The notes beneath the pieces are model-generated. The model saw only the letters and a list, made by a program, of their open reading frames with translations. It had not been told where the DNA came from and searched no databases. 64,000 bases of DNA, taken from the NCBI GenBank assembly GCA_018825985.1, contig JAHKAP010000018.1, forward strand, positions 4,134 through 68,133, in the 5' to 3' direction. The position numbers were made by a program, and so were the translations under genes. Source of the DNA: Candidatus Omnitrophota bacterium (lineage in GTDB: Bacteria; Omnitrophota; Gorgyraeia; Gygaellales; Profunditerraquicolaceae). Shown piece after piece: positions 10,356 through 19,336 of the stretch (positions are counted from its first letter, which is position 1; every line of letters begins with the position of its first letter).

Positions 10356-10675
10356 TAAAAGTTCTCCTCGATCTTTCTTTTTAATTCCGCCTTGCTGATC
10401 GCCCCTACTGCCTGGGCAGCCACCTTGCCGTTCTTGAAAAACATCAGCGTCGGTATGGACATTATTCCGTACTGGGTTGCGATATCAGAATTATCATCAA
10501 TATCCACCTTGGCTATCTTGATTTTTTGAGCATATTCATTAGCTAACTCCTCAATTATCGGTGCTATCATCTTACAAGGACCGCACCAGGCAGCCCAAAA
10601 ATCAACCACCACTAATGTTTTAGCCTCAAGGACCTCTTTCTTAAAATTACCTTCATTTAGATGTAATAAAAACAT
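10355..10675 (-). CDS. trxA: thioredoxin
   Basis: WCGPCK active site; 106 aa. Confidence 0.9.
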   Translation of the reverse strand: MFLLHLNEGNFKKEVLEAKTLVVVDFWAAWCGPCKMIAPIIEELANEYAQKIKIAKVDIDDNSDIATQYGIMSIPTLMFFKNGKVAAQAVGAISKAELKRKIEENF

Positions 10676-10750
10676 TTTAACCTCTTCTTTTTAGGATTTT
10701 TAAATAATAACAGGTAGGTATATACAATACCACAACTGGCCGCCATTGCA

Positions 10751-10796
10751 AGAAAAAACAAGGGACACCCTCGCAGCTAAAGCTAAGGGTGTCCCT
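10751..10796 (-). terminator. intrinsic terminator of the giant gene, formed by a GGGACACCC/GGGTGTCCC hairpin plus a U-run on the minus strand
   Basis: A 9-10 bp GC-rich stem (10762-10796) is followed on the minus strand by UUGUUUUUU, directly downstream of the stop at 10816. The same hairpin family recurs at 47417-47501. Confidence 0.55.
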
Positions 10797-10815
10797 ATTA
10801 TCCTATTATCTATTA

Positions 10816-13800
10816 TTAACTTATCGAATCAACGATAACCAGAGCTTCCCTAAGTTCAGCCGAGCTTTCCAACGCGCTCTCTTCTTCCAGCTTACAGATA
10901 TCTATCAGACAGAGTAAGAGATTGTCAACCTGGGCATTGATCTCTTTCTTCTGGCAACAGGCAGCGATCAACTCTTTAAGCCTGTCACCTGAAGGTATAT
11001 TCCCGGCTTTAACCATATTCCTGATCTGCTCTATCTCAGAAGTAATATTGATCTGCCTTAACTGCTCCTGGCTTAAAACGGGCAAGCTGAAATTCAATCC
11101 CTTAAAACTTCCCGTAGGTTGAATGGTCATGGGTAGGGAGCGTAAGTCGATACCGCCGGTAGTTTCAGGAGCTGATTGAACCGGAGAACTACCTGTACCT
11201 TTGCCTTTAAGCTCAACAGATAGAACCTCGCCCTCCGATGACTTACCTAACAAAATCCTAAAACGTCCATCGCGATCTAACTTAGCAACTACCTGTAACA
11301 AACCACCCTTACTTATAGTATCCGGAGATATCTGGGAATTAACCAGCACGAGTAAGTTCGGCAAAATAAAGTATTCCGTAGCATCGCTCATTATATTTTT
11401 GCCAAAGTGTTCATCAAGAAACTTAGCTACTTTATCCCATGTAGCCGTTGATACATCCACCGGCGAAGCGGCGGAAACTATTACCCGCGTGACATCCGGG
11501 GTATTAAGATCAATACCTGTTTCTACATCAATGATGCGGTTAGTGGTCTCTTCTTCTGCGTCCTTACGCACCAGCTTATCCCTGCCCCATACACTTGCAA
11601 TTATACCTATTCCGATTTTCTCAATTCGCTTTTCAATATCTTGAATGTATAGATGCGCGCTGCGCGTAGGCACATCCCTGCCGTCAGCGGCAAAATGGAT
11701 TACAAATTGGTCTTTTCTTAAGTCTAATTTCTTGGCTAATCTCATCAATGCATACATATGATAAAGTGAAGAATGCACTCCGCCTTCAGAAGCAATGGTT
11801 ATATAATGGAACCTCAAATCATTCTCTTTAACCCTTTGCAATTCTTTTACCAAAACCTGAACCTCGGGCATACTTTCATCAAAGATGCCATCGCGAATAC
11901 CGCCCTTAACCAGCCTATCTACATACCACAAGGGTTGTTTATATTCTCTTAACGCAAACATGGCAAAATGGCCAACATCTGTCTGGCCTGCTTGCAAACC
12001 TCTTAAATGGTGCCTGCCTTCTTCCCAAGATAACTCTTTCCTTAACCCAATCACTTCTCCGTGCGCCTGTAGCTGAGTAAAACCACAGGCATTCTTGACC
12101 AACCAGTCATAATTGGGGGTATTGGCGAGCTTGATAGCGTCCCATTCGTAATTCTGGTCGGGATTTATACCCCAGCCATCCAAAACAGCCATCGCGATCC
12201 TGCGTTTACTTCCCTGATAATCATCAGGCAGCAAGCTCGGGTCGGATCCTTCGGGGATATCTTCTCCCAATAGATGTAATAACGTAGCCCCGTTGTTTCT
12301 AATAGTTTGCCCAGACTTTAAGGTTAATTTCCGGGTTCTTAAAGGATCATAAATAATATACGGTACTGGATTTGCAGTATGGAAAGTATCGGATTCCTTA
12401 GGATTTTCTGTCAGCCCAGCTTCTGAAGCGCCATGATCGGCAGTGATAACAAAGATTGGTATCCTTGCTTCAAAACCATTTATCCTCGAATAAAGTATCT
12501 GATTTATTTCTTTTAATCGGATCAAGAAACTATCATAATCAGTTAATAACAAGTTATCGAGAATAATCCGCGCTCTTTCATCTAGTGGATAAGAAGAAAC
12601 CTCTTCTCTTATTTTCTTAATAAACTGTCTTTTTATGCTATCGATCTTTTCTTTTATCCTTCCGATCTGCTGGTCGGTTATTTCATTGGCCTGTTTAGCT
12701 GACTTAAAGTTTCCGGTATGTTTCATCATATCTGAACCAAGTAAGTTCACCAGAATAAAATCTATAGTATCGTCATCCAATCCTCTCAATACCTCATCGG
12801 TACATTCTTTGGTTTTCATCTGGGGCGTATCTGCATAGGCCTTTTTAGATTTCTGCATTTCTATATTAATCCGCTTTTCTCCGGGATAAGGCCCATCTGT
12901 TTTCTTGCCATCTGCATTATTACCAACATGATCCTTCTTTTCGTTCTCAGAAATCTTAAGCACTTTATACATTTTGTTGGACAATATCTCGAAAAAGGTA
13001 TTAGGCACTTTAGCAATTACCTCATCAGACAAAACACTCTTGCCTTGATAATCATTACTAAATTTGATGTATCCCAATAATTTCTTAAAACCCCTGCTCC
13101 ACAGGCCTCTGGCAAAATATCCGGCCCGGTCACCCCTGACGTGCCCGACCATAACTGAATCTTCCGGCGATATAGGATGCAGCGGCTTACCGTTTTCGTC
13201 AGTAACAACAGTAAACTTTAGTACTTGCTCATTTACATCTTCCTCCAACAGGCTTTGCTCCTGTTCAACTGCCTTAGCTAAATCTGAAATTATCGGCGAG
13301 CCGGCAGCGCTTTTACTTTTTTCGCTATCAAGATGCTTCTTTATTTTATCGCGGGCATCAACAACTTTTCCAATTAACCGGTATCTTTTTTCCTTTTCCT
13401 TATTCAGCTCATCTATTTTTATATTCAATATTTCTAAAGTTTCTTCATTAAGATAGAACCTTAATGTAATAGCTGCGTCTATGGCTACTAAATCGTTTGA
13501 ACTATTGAGTCTTTCTATTAACTCTTTTAAATCATTAAATAAACTTTGGCTGGGGAAAACACCATTTTTATATAACACCTCAAGATTCCTCTCCATAGTT
13601 AAAATAATATTGATATTCGGATTTTCTTTTTTAACCTCCGCTTGCAGCGTTGTAAGATAATTATCAGCATCTTTTGTTTCTGTAACAATTGCCGAAACTA
13701 AACTTGTAACCGCTGAGCCGGCTGCGGTAACTGGCAAGCTAGAGGCGGCGTCAAAAAACGCCCTGGCCCGGCTAAAAATGCGGATAGCGGTTAACATCCC

Positions 13801-15669
13801 GGTAGGAGTTGAAATATCCGGCAACACCATAATCGCAGCGTTTGCCAATAATTTAAATTTTGATTCACAGTTTAGTAAATTACCGGCCTTATCTAAAGTC
13901 GTTGCAAAATTAACTAAAAGCGTAAAAGAGCCGGTAGTAGAATCTTCTTCCCCGGGAGATTTAACCGTGTATCCCTTTTCTTTTAAAACATTGCTTAAAA
14001 TAATAACCCTGGGATTATCGGAATAAAGTATGCTCAAAAGCTGATTTTTTTTCAACACCATAAGCGTAGCCAGCCTTTGAGCTGCAATTTCAGCAAGGCC
14101 ATTAAGCGATTCTTCTTTCCCGAAATCTTTGATCAAATAATATCTTCCATCGGCAATTTCACTCAGCAACCTCTTTTCATCATAATAAGAACTTCTTGGA
14201 TGCCTGATTAGGTTTTCCCTAAGCACCCTGTTAACACTATCTGTCGCCGAATATAATAATGATCTACTCGCGGTATCCGACAAAATACCCTTACCGTTTA
14301 AAACTACTCCTTTTAATAGATCAATATATGGTCCTGACCGGGCTTGCCGTTCAATCCTGTTATGGGCCTCCATTAAATCGTATTCTCTGCGATAATCAGG
14401 CATACCTTTAGTCGTTATCGGAGAAGCGGATATTTTTATTCCCCTCAAAGAATCGCCATCTGCTACTATTCCGGTATTAAAGATATTTGGATTAATCGGC
14501 CTGCCAATAAAACTATTCGGGTTATTTATAGGACTTCCGGCTTCTCTGCCCATATTAATCCCCCCGCTAAAATAGCTTCTGATCATCTGGCCGGTAGGGG
14601 TGTAGACAGGTTCCTTGACATTGTATTCGCCTTCCGCAAAGGATTTTTGGTAAAGTTTAAAGTAATCTGTCTTGGACCAGGCATCTTTGGAGATAAGGTT
14701 GGTCAGGTTTTTGGTTTCTATAAGAGCTGTAAAAGCAGGGACAGCCCCCTTTAAAGTACTTTCAGATACCCTGGACGGGGACAGTCCCTTGAATCTTTGT
14801 TTAAACCAGCGAGAGAGAATTAATGAATAGTATACCTGGCGAAAATTAGCGTATCTTCTGGAAGAATTTACTTCTTTGGTCAGCTTAGGAATGATCAATT
14901 CACGGATAAGCCCTGAGGAGTATTCGTTTAAAGCTTTGGAGCGTTCATCTTTAAATTGGTAAACTGAATTATTCGCAATAACAGGATTAGTCGAATTAGC
15001 CAGGTAATCTGATTCAAGCATTACCTTTAAAGTGGCTTTGTAGATATAAGCTGAATCTTCGGCTTCTCTTAAAATGATCTCACCCGGGACTATCCAGGGA
15101 CGAGTCAGGGTAGGTATATTTACGGATTCATAGCCATAAAGCTCTTCGGCTTTCTGGTAAAGCTTAGTCCAGTATTCTTTTCCTTCCGGAGTGTTAGGCG
15201 AGGTAAAAAGAGCAGTATCTTTTTTAAGCTGAAGATCGGTCTCCAGCATGATCTTGCCCACATCGGTCTTTTCCAGATACTGGTCTATGATCTGGTCTTC
15301 AGAATCAGGCCGTAGATTAACCCAAAACATGCTATCTGGAAGGGTTACACCTATTAGGAAATAATTTAAAAGGGTTTGGGTTTTGTCTTTTAAGGCTTCT
15401 TCCGGGATTTCTTCACCTTTACCTATACCTTTGCCTTCAATACCTCTGCTTAATTCATCCCCTTTATCCACCAGGAGCTTAAAACTGTTATTTAGTGAAT
15501 CATAGGAGAAATACCTTAAGTGTATCGGCCGGAACTTATCCTGAACTATATTAGAACCAAACCTGGAAAGATAATTTGCCAGGTTAAGTTCTAAGGCTAC
15601 CTGGGCAAAACTAACCTGCTGGAATAATAAGCCGAAACTTAAGACCAAAGATAAGATTTTACGGGCCAT
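10816..15669 (-). CDS. giant (1617 aa) signal-peptide protein with a duplicated, rearranged iPGM/phosphopentomutase-like alkaline-phosphatase-superfamily module at its C-terminus
   Basis: Likely start at the ATG at 15669 (MARKILSLVLSFGLLFQQVSFAQ, a signal peptide) with AGGAG 8 nt upstream; the track ORF starts 44 codons earlier. The C-terminal ~650 aa carry, in this order, VVTDENG...DSVMVGHVRGDRAG, DFILVNLLGSDMMKHTGN, ITADHG, HTANPVP, then LDGWG, QTDVGH, GGVHSS, AADGRD, IASVWGRD. The N-terminal ~900 aa match nothing I recognise. Confidence 0.7.
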   Translation of the reverse strand: MARKILSLVLSFGLLFQQVSFAQVALELNLANYLSRFGSNIVQDKFRPIHLRYFSYDSLNNSFKLLVDKGDELSRGIEGKGIGKGEEIPEEALKDKTQTLLNYFLIGVTLPDSMFWVNLRPDSEDQIIDQYLEKTDVGKIMLETDLQLKKDTALFTSPNTPEGKEYWTKLYQKAEELYGYESVNIPTLTRPWIVPGEIILREAEDSAYIYKATLKVMLESDYLANSTNPVIANNSVYQFKDERSKALNEYSSGLIRELIIPKLTKEVNSSRRYANFRQVYYSLILSRWFKQRFKGLSPSRVSESTLKGAVPAFTALIETKNLTNLISKDAWSKTDYFKLYQKSFAEGEYNVKEPVYTPTGQMIRSYFSGGINMGREAGSPINNPNSFIGRPINPNIFNTGIVADGDSLRGIKISASPITTKGMPDYRREYDLMEAHNRIERQARSGPYIDLLKGVVLNGKGILSDTASRSLLYSATDSVNRVLRENLIRHPRSSYYDEKRLLSEIADGRYYLIKDFGKEESLNGLAEIAAQRLATLMVLKKNQLLSILYSDNPRVIILSNVLKEKGYTVKSPGEEDSTTGSFTLLVNFATTLDKAGNLLNCESKFKLLANAAIMVLPDISTPTGMLTAIRIFSRARAFFDAASSLPVTAAGSAVTSLVSAIVTETKDADNYLTTLQAEVKKENPNINIILTMERNLEVLYKNGVFPSQSLFNDLKELIERLNSSNDLVAIDAAITLRFYLNEETLEILNIKIDELNKEKEKRYRLIGKVVDARDKIKKHLDSEKSKSAAGSPIISDLAKAVEQEQSLLEEDVNEQVLKFTVVTDENGKPLHPISPEDSVMVGHVRGDRAGYFARGLWSRGFKKLLGYIKFSNDYQGKSVLSDEVIAKVPNTFFEILSNKMYKVLKISENEKKDHVGNNADGKKTDGPYPGEKRINIEMQKSKKAYADTPQMKTKECTDEVLRGLDDDTIDFILVNLLGSDMMKHTGNFKSAKQANEITDQQIGRIKEKIDSIKRQFIKKIREEVSSYPLDERARIILDNLLLTDYDSFLIRLKEINQILYSRINGFEARIPIFVITADHGASEAGLTENPKESDTFHTANPVPYIIYDPLRTRKLTLKSGQTIRNNGATLLHLLGEDIPEGSDPSLLPDDYQGSKRRIAMAVLDGWGINPDQNYEWDAIKLANTPNYDWLVKNACGFTQLQAHGEVIGLRKELSWEEGRHHLRGLQAGQTDVGHFAMFALREYKQPLWYVDRLVKGGIRDGIFDESMPEVQVLVKELQRVKENDLRFHYITIASEGGVHSSLYHMYALMRLAKKLDLRKDQFVIHFAADGRDVPTRSAHLYIQDIEKRIEKIGIGIIASVWGRDKLVRKDAEEETTNRIIDVETGIDLNTPDVTRVIVSAASPVDVSTATWDKVAKFLDEHFGKNIMSDATEYFILPNLLVLVNSQISPDTISKGGLLQVVAKLDRDGRFRILLGKSSEGEVLSVELKGKGTGSSPVQSAPETTGGIDLRSLPMTIQPTGSFKGLNFSLPVLSQEQLRQINITSEIEQIRNMVKAGNIPSGDRLKELIAACCQKKEINAQVDNLLLCLIDICKLEEESALESSAELREALVIVDSIS

Positions 15670-15773
15670 TCTACGTCTCCTATGTTTATCCGCCACAAAG
15701 TCGCCACATCGATAGGCGACCCGCTTTCTGTATGGCGGGCCTAACGGATTATTTGCCTGACAAGATAGAAAGC

Positions 15774-15825
15774 AAATAAAAAACCGCAAAGCCAGACCCA
15801 AATGATTTGTTCCGTGGCAATGCGG
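15774..15825 (-). terminator. intrinsic terminator/attenuator hairpin plus U-run in the intergenic leader between pilD and the giant gene
   Basis: On the minus strand, CCGCAUUGCCAC...GUCUGGCUUUGCGG (imperfect 12-bp stem) is followed by UUUUUUAUUU. It lies 240 nt downstream of the pilD stop and about 105 nt upstream of the giant-gene ATG. Confidence 0.45.
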
Positions 15826-15899
15826 TTTAAATTAAACCGATTTTCGCGCCTTCGCACCTCCATACGAAAACGCTTTTTAATCTTAAAAATCTACATTAA

Positions 15900-15928
15900 A
15901 TATAGCATAAAAACGTCTATTTTTCAAG
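15900..15928 (-). promoter_or_regulatory. candidate sigma-70-type promoter (TTGAAA, 17 nt spacer, TATATT) reading toward the giant gene
   Basis: Seen on the minus strand. It would give a roughly 230-nt leader that contains the terminator at 15774-15825. Confidence 0.3.
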
Positions 15929-16077
15929 CCTTACTCAGAATTTAATATTACTATTTAATTAGGGACTACGGGTAACCAAAGGATGGCGGCGAATGAGAGG
16001 ATCCACTCTGGACTAAAGGAGCCCATGAATCGCTTCCTTTGGGGGAGGACCCGCATGATATAGAATTATAAGTATTA

Positions 16078-16896
16078 CTAGTGAATGAAAAATATGCGGA
16101 CTATTGGGCCTGACCAAAATAGAACAATAACCGCTGCCAGGCTTAAAAACGGGCCATAGGGAATAGTATGTTCTTTTTTGATCAATAAGTTTGCTACTCC
16201 CACGACCAGGCCGAAGAACGGAGCGATAAAAAAGGTCAAAACAGCTCCCTGCCAGCCTAAAAATGCGCCGATCATTGCCAGAAGCTTTACATCCCCTCCA
16301 CCCATAGACTCAGTCTCTCCGTCTATAGGCGGCTTTTTAAGCATTTTAAAATATACCAAGTCGAAGATCTTAGCGGTAAGATAAATTATCCCGCCGCCGA
16401 TGATGATACCTAAAAAAGAATTAACAACCTGGCTTAGGGCTTGATGATTAGAGCTTGGCAAAATAAATCTCGATAAGTTAAGTAAAAAACCGACGATTAT
16501 ACCACCGACCGAAATCTCATCCGGGATGATCCGGTGCTGGATATCTACAAAAGTGGCGATGATTAAACCGCTGATAAAAACAGCATAATATAATAATTCA
16601 AAACCGAACCCATAAATATTAAAAAATAATAAAAAAGCCGCTGCCGTAATCAACTCAATCAGAAAATAACGCGTGGGTATCCTCATCCTGCAGAAGCGAC
16701 ACTTACCCATCAGAAATAAATAACTTAATAAAGGAATGTTATCATGCCAGGGGATAGTCTTTCCGCATGAAGGGCAATAGGAACGTGGTTTTACTACGGA
16801 TTTTCCCAGGGGAAGTCGGAAAATACAGACATTTAGAAAGCTTCCTATCATTGAACCAAAAATAAAAACAAAAACCTTAATTACCGGCAGCGGCAT
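16078..16896 (-). CDS. pilD: prepilin peptidase (A24 family)
   Basis: N-terminal C-x-x-C...C-x-x-C zinc-binding region (CPSCGKTI...CRFCRMRI) with polytopic membrane topology. Confidence 0.85.
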   Translation of the reverse strand: MPLPVIKVFVFIFGSMIGSFLNVCIFRLPLGKSVVKPRSYCPSCGKTIPWHDNIPLLSYLFLMGKCRFCRMRIPTRYFLIELITAAAFLLFFNIYGFGFELLYYAVFISGLIIATFVDIQHRIIPDEISVGGIIVGFLLNLSRFILPSSNHQALSQVVNSFLGIIIGGGIIYLTAKIFDLVYFKMLKKPPIDGETESMGGGDVKLLAMIGAFLGWQGAVLTFFIAPFFGLVVGVANLLIKKEHTIPYGPFLSLAAVIVLFWSGPIVRIFFIH

Positions 16897-17731
16897 CCCT
16901 GATCCCTTCCTCTAAAGCCTGGCGCATTACTGTTAACGGGGCATTTTGGCCGGTCCAGATCTTAAACGCCGCAGCTCCCTGATATAAAAGCATGCCTAAT
17001 CCATTTGAACAAACCGCGCCCCTCTCCCGGGCAACCCACAACAACCTGGTTTCCTGGGGGCTATAGATCAGATCATAAACCAATAAATCTTTGTGGATAA
17101 GTTCCGGATTGACTAAAAGATGATCTTCTTTTTTCATCCCTACAGGAGTGCAATTCACTAATAAAGAACAGTCCTTAATATCCAATTCGTGCACTGATTC
17201 CACGGCTTTGAAATTAATTTTCTTAAAATATCCCAGGCGCTCAATCAAAGCCTGGACCCGGGACTGATCAATATCATAAATAGCGATCGAAGAAGGTTGG
17301 CTCTTACAGAGGTAGACCGCGATAGCCCGGGCAGCGCCTCCTGCGCCTAATATAGCTATGTTTTTACCGCTGGGAGAATATTTAAGATCCTGGGTCAAAT
17401 GTCTGTAAAATCCTTCCCCGTCGGTGTTAAAACCTTCCAACCCGTCGGAAAAAACCCTGATTGTGTTCACCACCCCGATCAGGCCAGCTTCAACCGAAAA
17501 ACTGGTCATAAAAGGCACAATTTTTTCTTTATAAGGATAGGTTACATTAAGTCCCTGAATATTGTTTTCTTTTAACGATTCCAAAAAACCTGCCAGATCA
17601 TCTTCTTTTAATTCAAAAAGTTTATACCCGGCATCTATATTAAGTGCCTTGAATGCAGCATTGTGCATCAACGGAGAAAGGCTATGTTTCACCGGATAGC
17701 CAACCAAACCATAAGTCTGAATAGAGGTCAT
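16877..17731 (-). CDS. aroE: shikimate dehydrogenase
   Basis: YGLVGYPVKHSLSPLMHNAAF N-terminal signature and GAGGAARA NADP site. Confidence 0.9.
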   Translation of the reverse strand: MTSIQTYGLVGYPVKHSLSPLMHNAAFKALNIDAGYKLFELKEDDLAGFLESLKENNIQGLNVTYPYKEKIVPFMTSFSVEAGLIGVVNTIRVFSDGLEGFNTDGEGFYRHLTQDLKYSPSGKNIAILGAGGAARAIAVYLCKSQPSSIAIYDIDQSRVQALIERLGYFKKINFKAVESVHELDIKDCSLLVNCTPVGMKKEDHLLVNPELIHKDLLVYDLIYSPQETRLLWVARERGAVCSNGLGMLLYQGAAAFKIWTGQNAPLTVMRQALEEGIRDAAAGN

Positions 17732-19242
17732 TTGGAGTGTACTTTGTTCAACGCATCCAGATAGGCTTTGATCGCGGCCTCAACTATATCGGTACTTGTT
17801 CCGCGTCCGGACGCGACTTTATCTTTTATCTTGAGTTTAAGAATGACTTCGCCTAAGGCGTCCTTGCCGGAAGTAACCGCTCCTAAGCGAAAATCCTCCA
17901 GGCTCCCTTTAATATTCACAATTTTATCAATCGCTTTAAAGCTGGCGTCTACCGGCCCATCACCAAACGAAGAACCTTTTAAAATATTTCCCTTTTTCCT
18001 TAATTGCACCAAAGCCTCGGGTTTAATCTCAGTCCCTGAAGAAGCCCTAAAATTCACCAATTCCCAGACCGGAATCCTGGCTATTGTTATTTCATCTTCA
18101 ATGATAGTCCTCAGGTCATCGTCAAAAATATCTTTTTTCTTATCCGCCAAGTTCTTAAAATTCTCAAAAGCCTTATTTAACTGCTCTTCATTCAAATGAA
18201 AACCTATTTTTTTCAATCTTTCGCTGAAGGCATGCCTGCCGGAATGTTTTCCCAGAACCAAGCCTTCTACCTGAAATCCGACATCCTCACCGCGGATAAT
18301 CTCATAAGTAGAACGCTCCTTAAGCACCCCGTCCTGATGAATGCCTGATTCGTGCCTGAAGGCGTTTCCTCCTACTATAGCTTTATTAGGGGCGATGACA
18401 AACCCGGTTAGTTTACTGACCAGCCTAGATGTTTTATAAATATTTTTCTTTATAATACCAGTCTTTAAGCCGGCGTAAATATCTTTGCGGGTATCTATTG
18501 ACATAACTATTTCTTCCAGGGAGGCGTTACCTGCCCTTTCGCCGATACCATTAATAGTACATTCAACCTGCCGGGCTCCGTTTTTAACCGCGGCCAGGGA
18601 ATTAGCCACAGCCAGACCTAAATCATTATGGCAGTGGACTGAAATTACAGCCTTATGGATATTCACAACATTCTCTTTAATGCCTTTAATTATTCTGCCA
18701 AATTCCTCAGGCTCGCTATAACCAACAGTATCCGGTATGTTAACCGTGCCTGCTCCGGCATTAATCACAGCTTCTACCACTCTATGAAGAAATTCCTTTT
18801 CAGTCCGGGAAGCGTCCTCCGGAGAAAACTCAATATCCGGACAGAGTTTTTTAGCGTAAGTAACTGCTTCAACTGCCAGGCGCAGAATCTCGTCTTCGGC
18901 TTTTTTAAGCTTATATTTCATATGTATCTTTGAGGTCGCCAGAAATACGTGAATGCGTGGATTTTTAGCCGGTTTTAAAGCCTCATAAGCCGCATCAATA
19001 TCCTTTTTTATTGAACGGCTCAATCCGCAAATTACCGGTCCTTTGATATTGCGGGCAATATCTTTTACTGATTCAAAATCACCCTTAGAGGAAATAGGAA
19101 ATCCCGCCTCGATTACATCTACCCTCAGCTCAGCTAAAGAACGGGCAACCTCTATTTTTTCTTTCTGGTTTAAGCTGGCTCCGGGCGCCTGTTCCCCATC
19201 CCGCAAGGTCGTATCAAATATAATTATCTTATCCATATACAC
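17728..19242 (-). CDS. leuA: 2-isopropylmalate synthase (LeuA/CimA family)
   Basis: [19 protein letters not shown]-like signature plus a C-terminal LeuA-dimer regulatory domain; 504 aa. Confidence 0.8.
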   Translation of the reverse strand: MYMDKIIIFDTTLRDGEQAPGASLNQKEKIEVARSLAELRVDVIEAGFPISSKGDFESVKDIARNIKGPVICGLSRSIKKDIDAAYEALKPAKNPRIHVFLATSKIHMKYKLKKAEDEILRLAVEAVTYAKKLCPDIEFSPEDASRTEKEFLHRVVEAVINAGAGTVNIPDTVGYSEPEEFGRIIKGIKENVVNIHKAVISVHCHNDLGLAVANSLAAVKNGARQVECTINGIGERAGNASLEEIVMSIDTRKDIYAGLKTGIIKKNIYKTSRLVSKLTGFVIAPNKAIVGGNAFRHESGIHQDGVLKERSTYEIIRGEDVGFQVEGLVLGKHSGRHAFSERLKKIGFHLNEEQLNKAFENFKNLADKKKDIFDDDLRTIIEDEITIARIPVWELVNFRASSGTEIKPEALVQLRKKGNILKGSSFGDGPVDASFKAIDKIVNIKGSLEDFRLGAVTSGKDALGEVILKLKIKDKVASGRGTSTDIVEAAIKAYLDALNKVHSK

Positions 19243-19336
19243 ATCCTTATAAAAGTAGTTAGTAGATAGTAGGTAGTATGTAGGGTTCAGTAAATTCTGA
19301 TCTTTCCCCTAATACCTACCTACTACATGCTACCTA
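19243..19336. repeat. TAGTAG-rich imperfect-palindromic intergenic repeat, copy 1 (short form)
   Basis: Fills the whole ilvC-leuA spacer. Arms GTAGTAGATAGTAGGTAGTATGTAGGG and CCCTAATACCTACCTACTACATGCTACCTACTAC flank a short loop, followed by TTTTT. Related to the copies at 25679-25796 and 28131-28261. Confidence 0.75.

Noticed and set aside
15983-16063. 27-codon ORF (MAANERIHSGLKEPMNRFLWGRTRMI) in the pilD-giant-gene spacer
   Set aside because: It reads from the plus strand in a region transcribed on the minus strand, has no RBS, and is too short to support as a gene.
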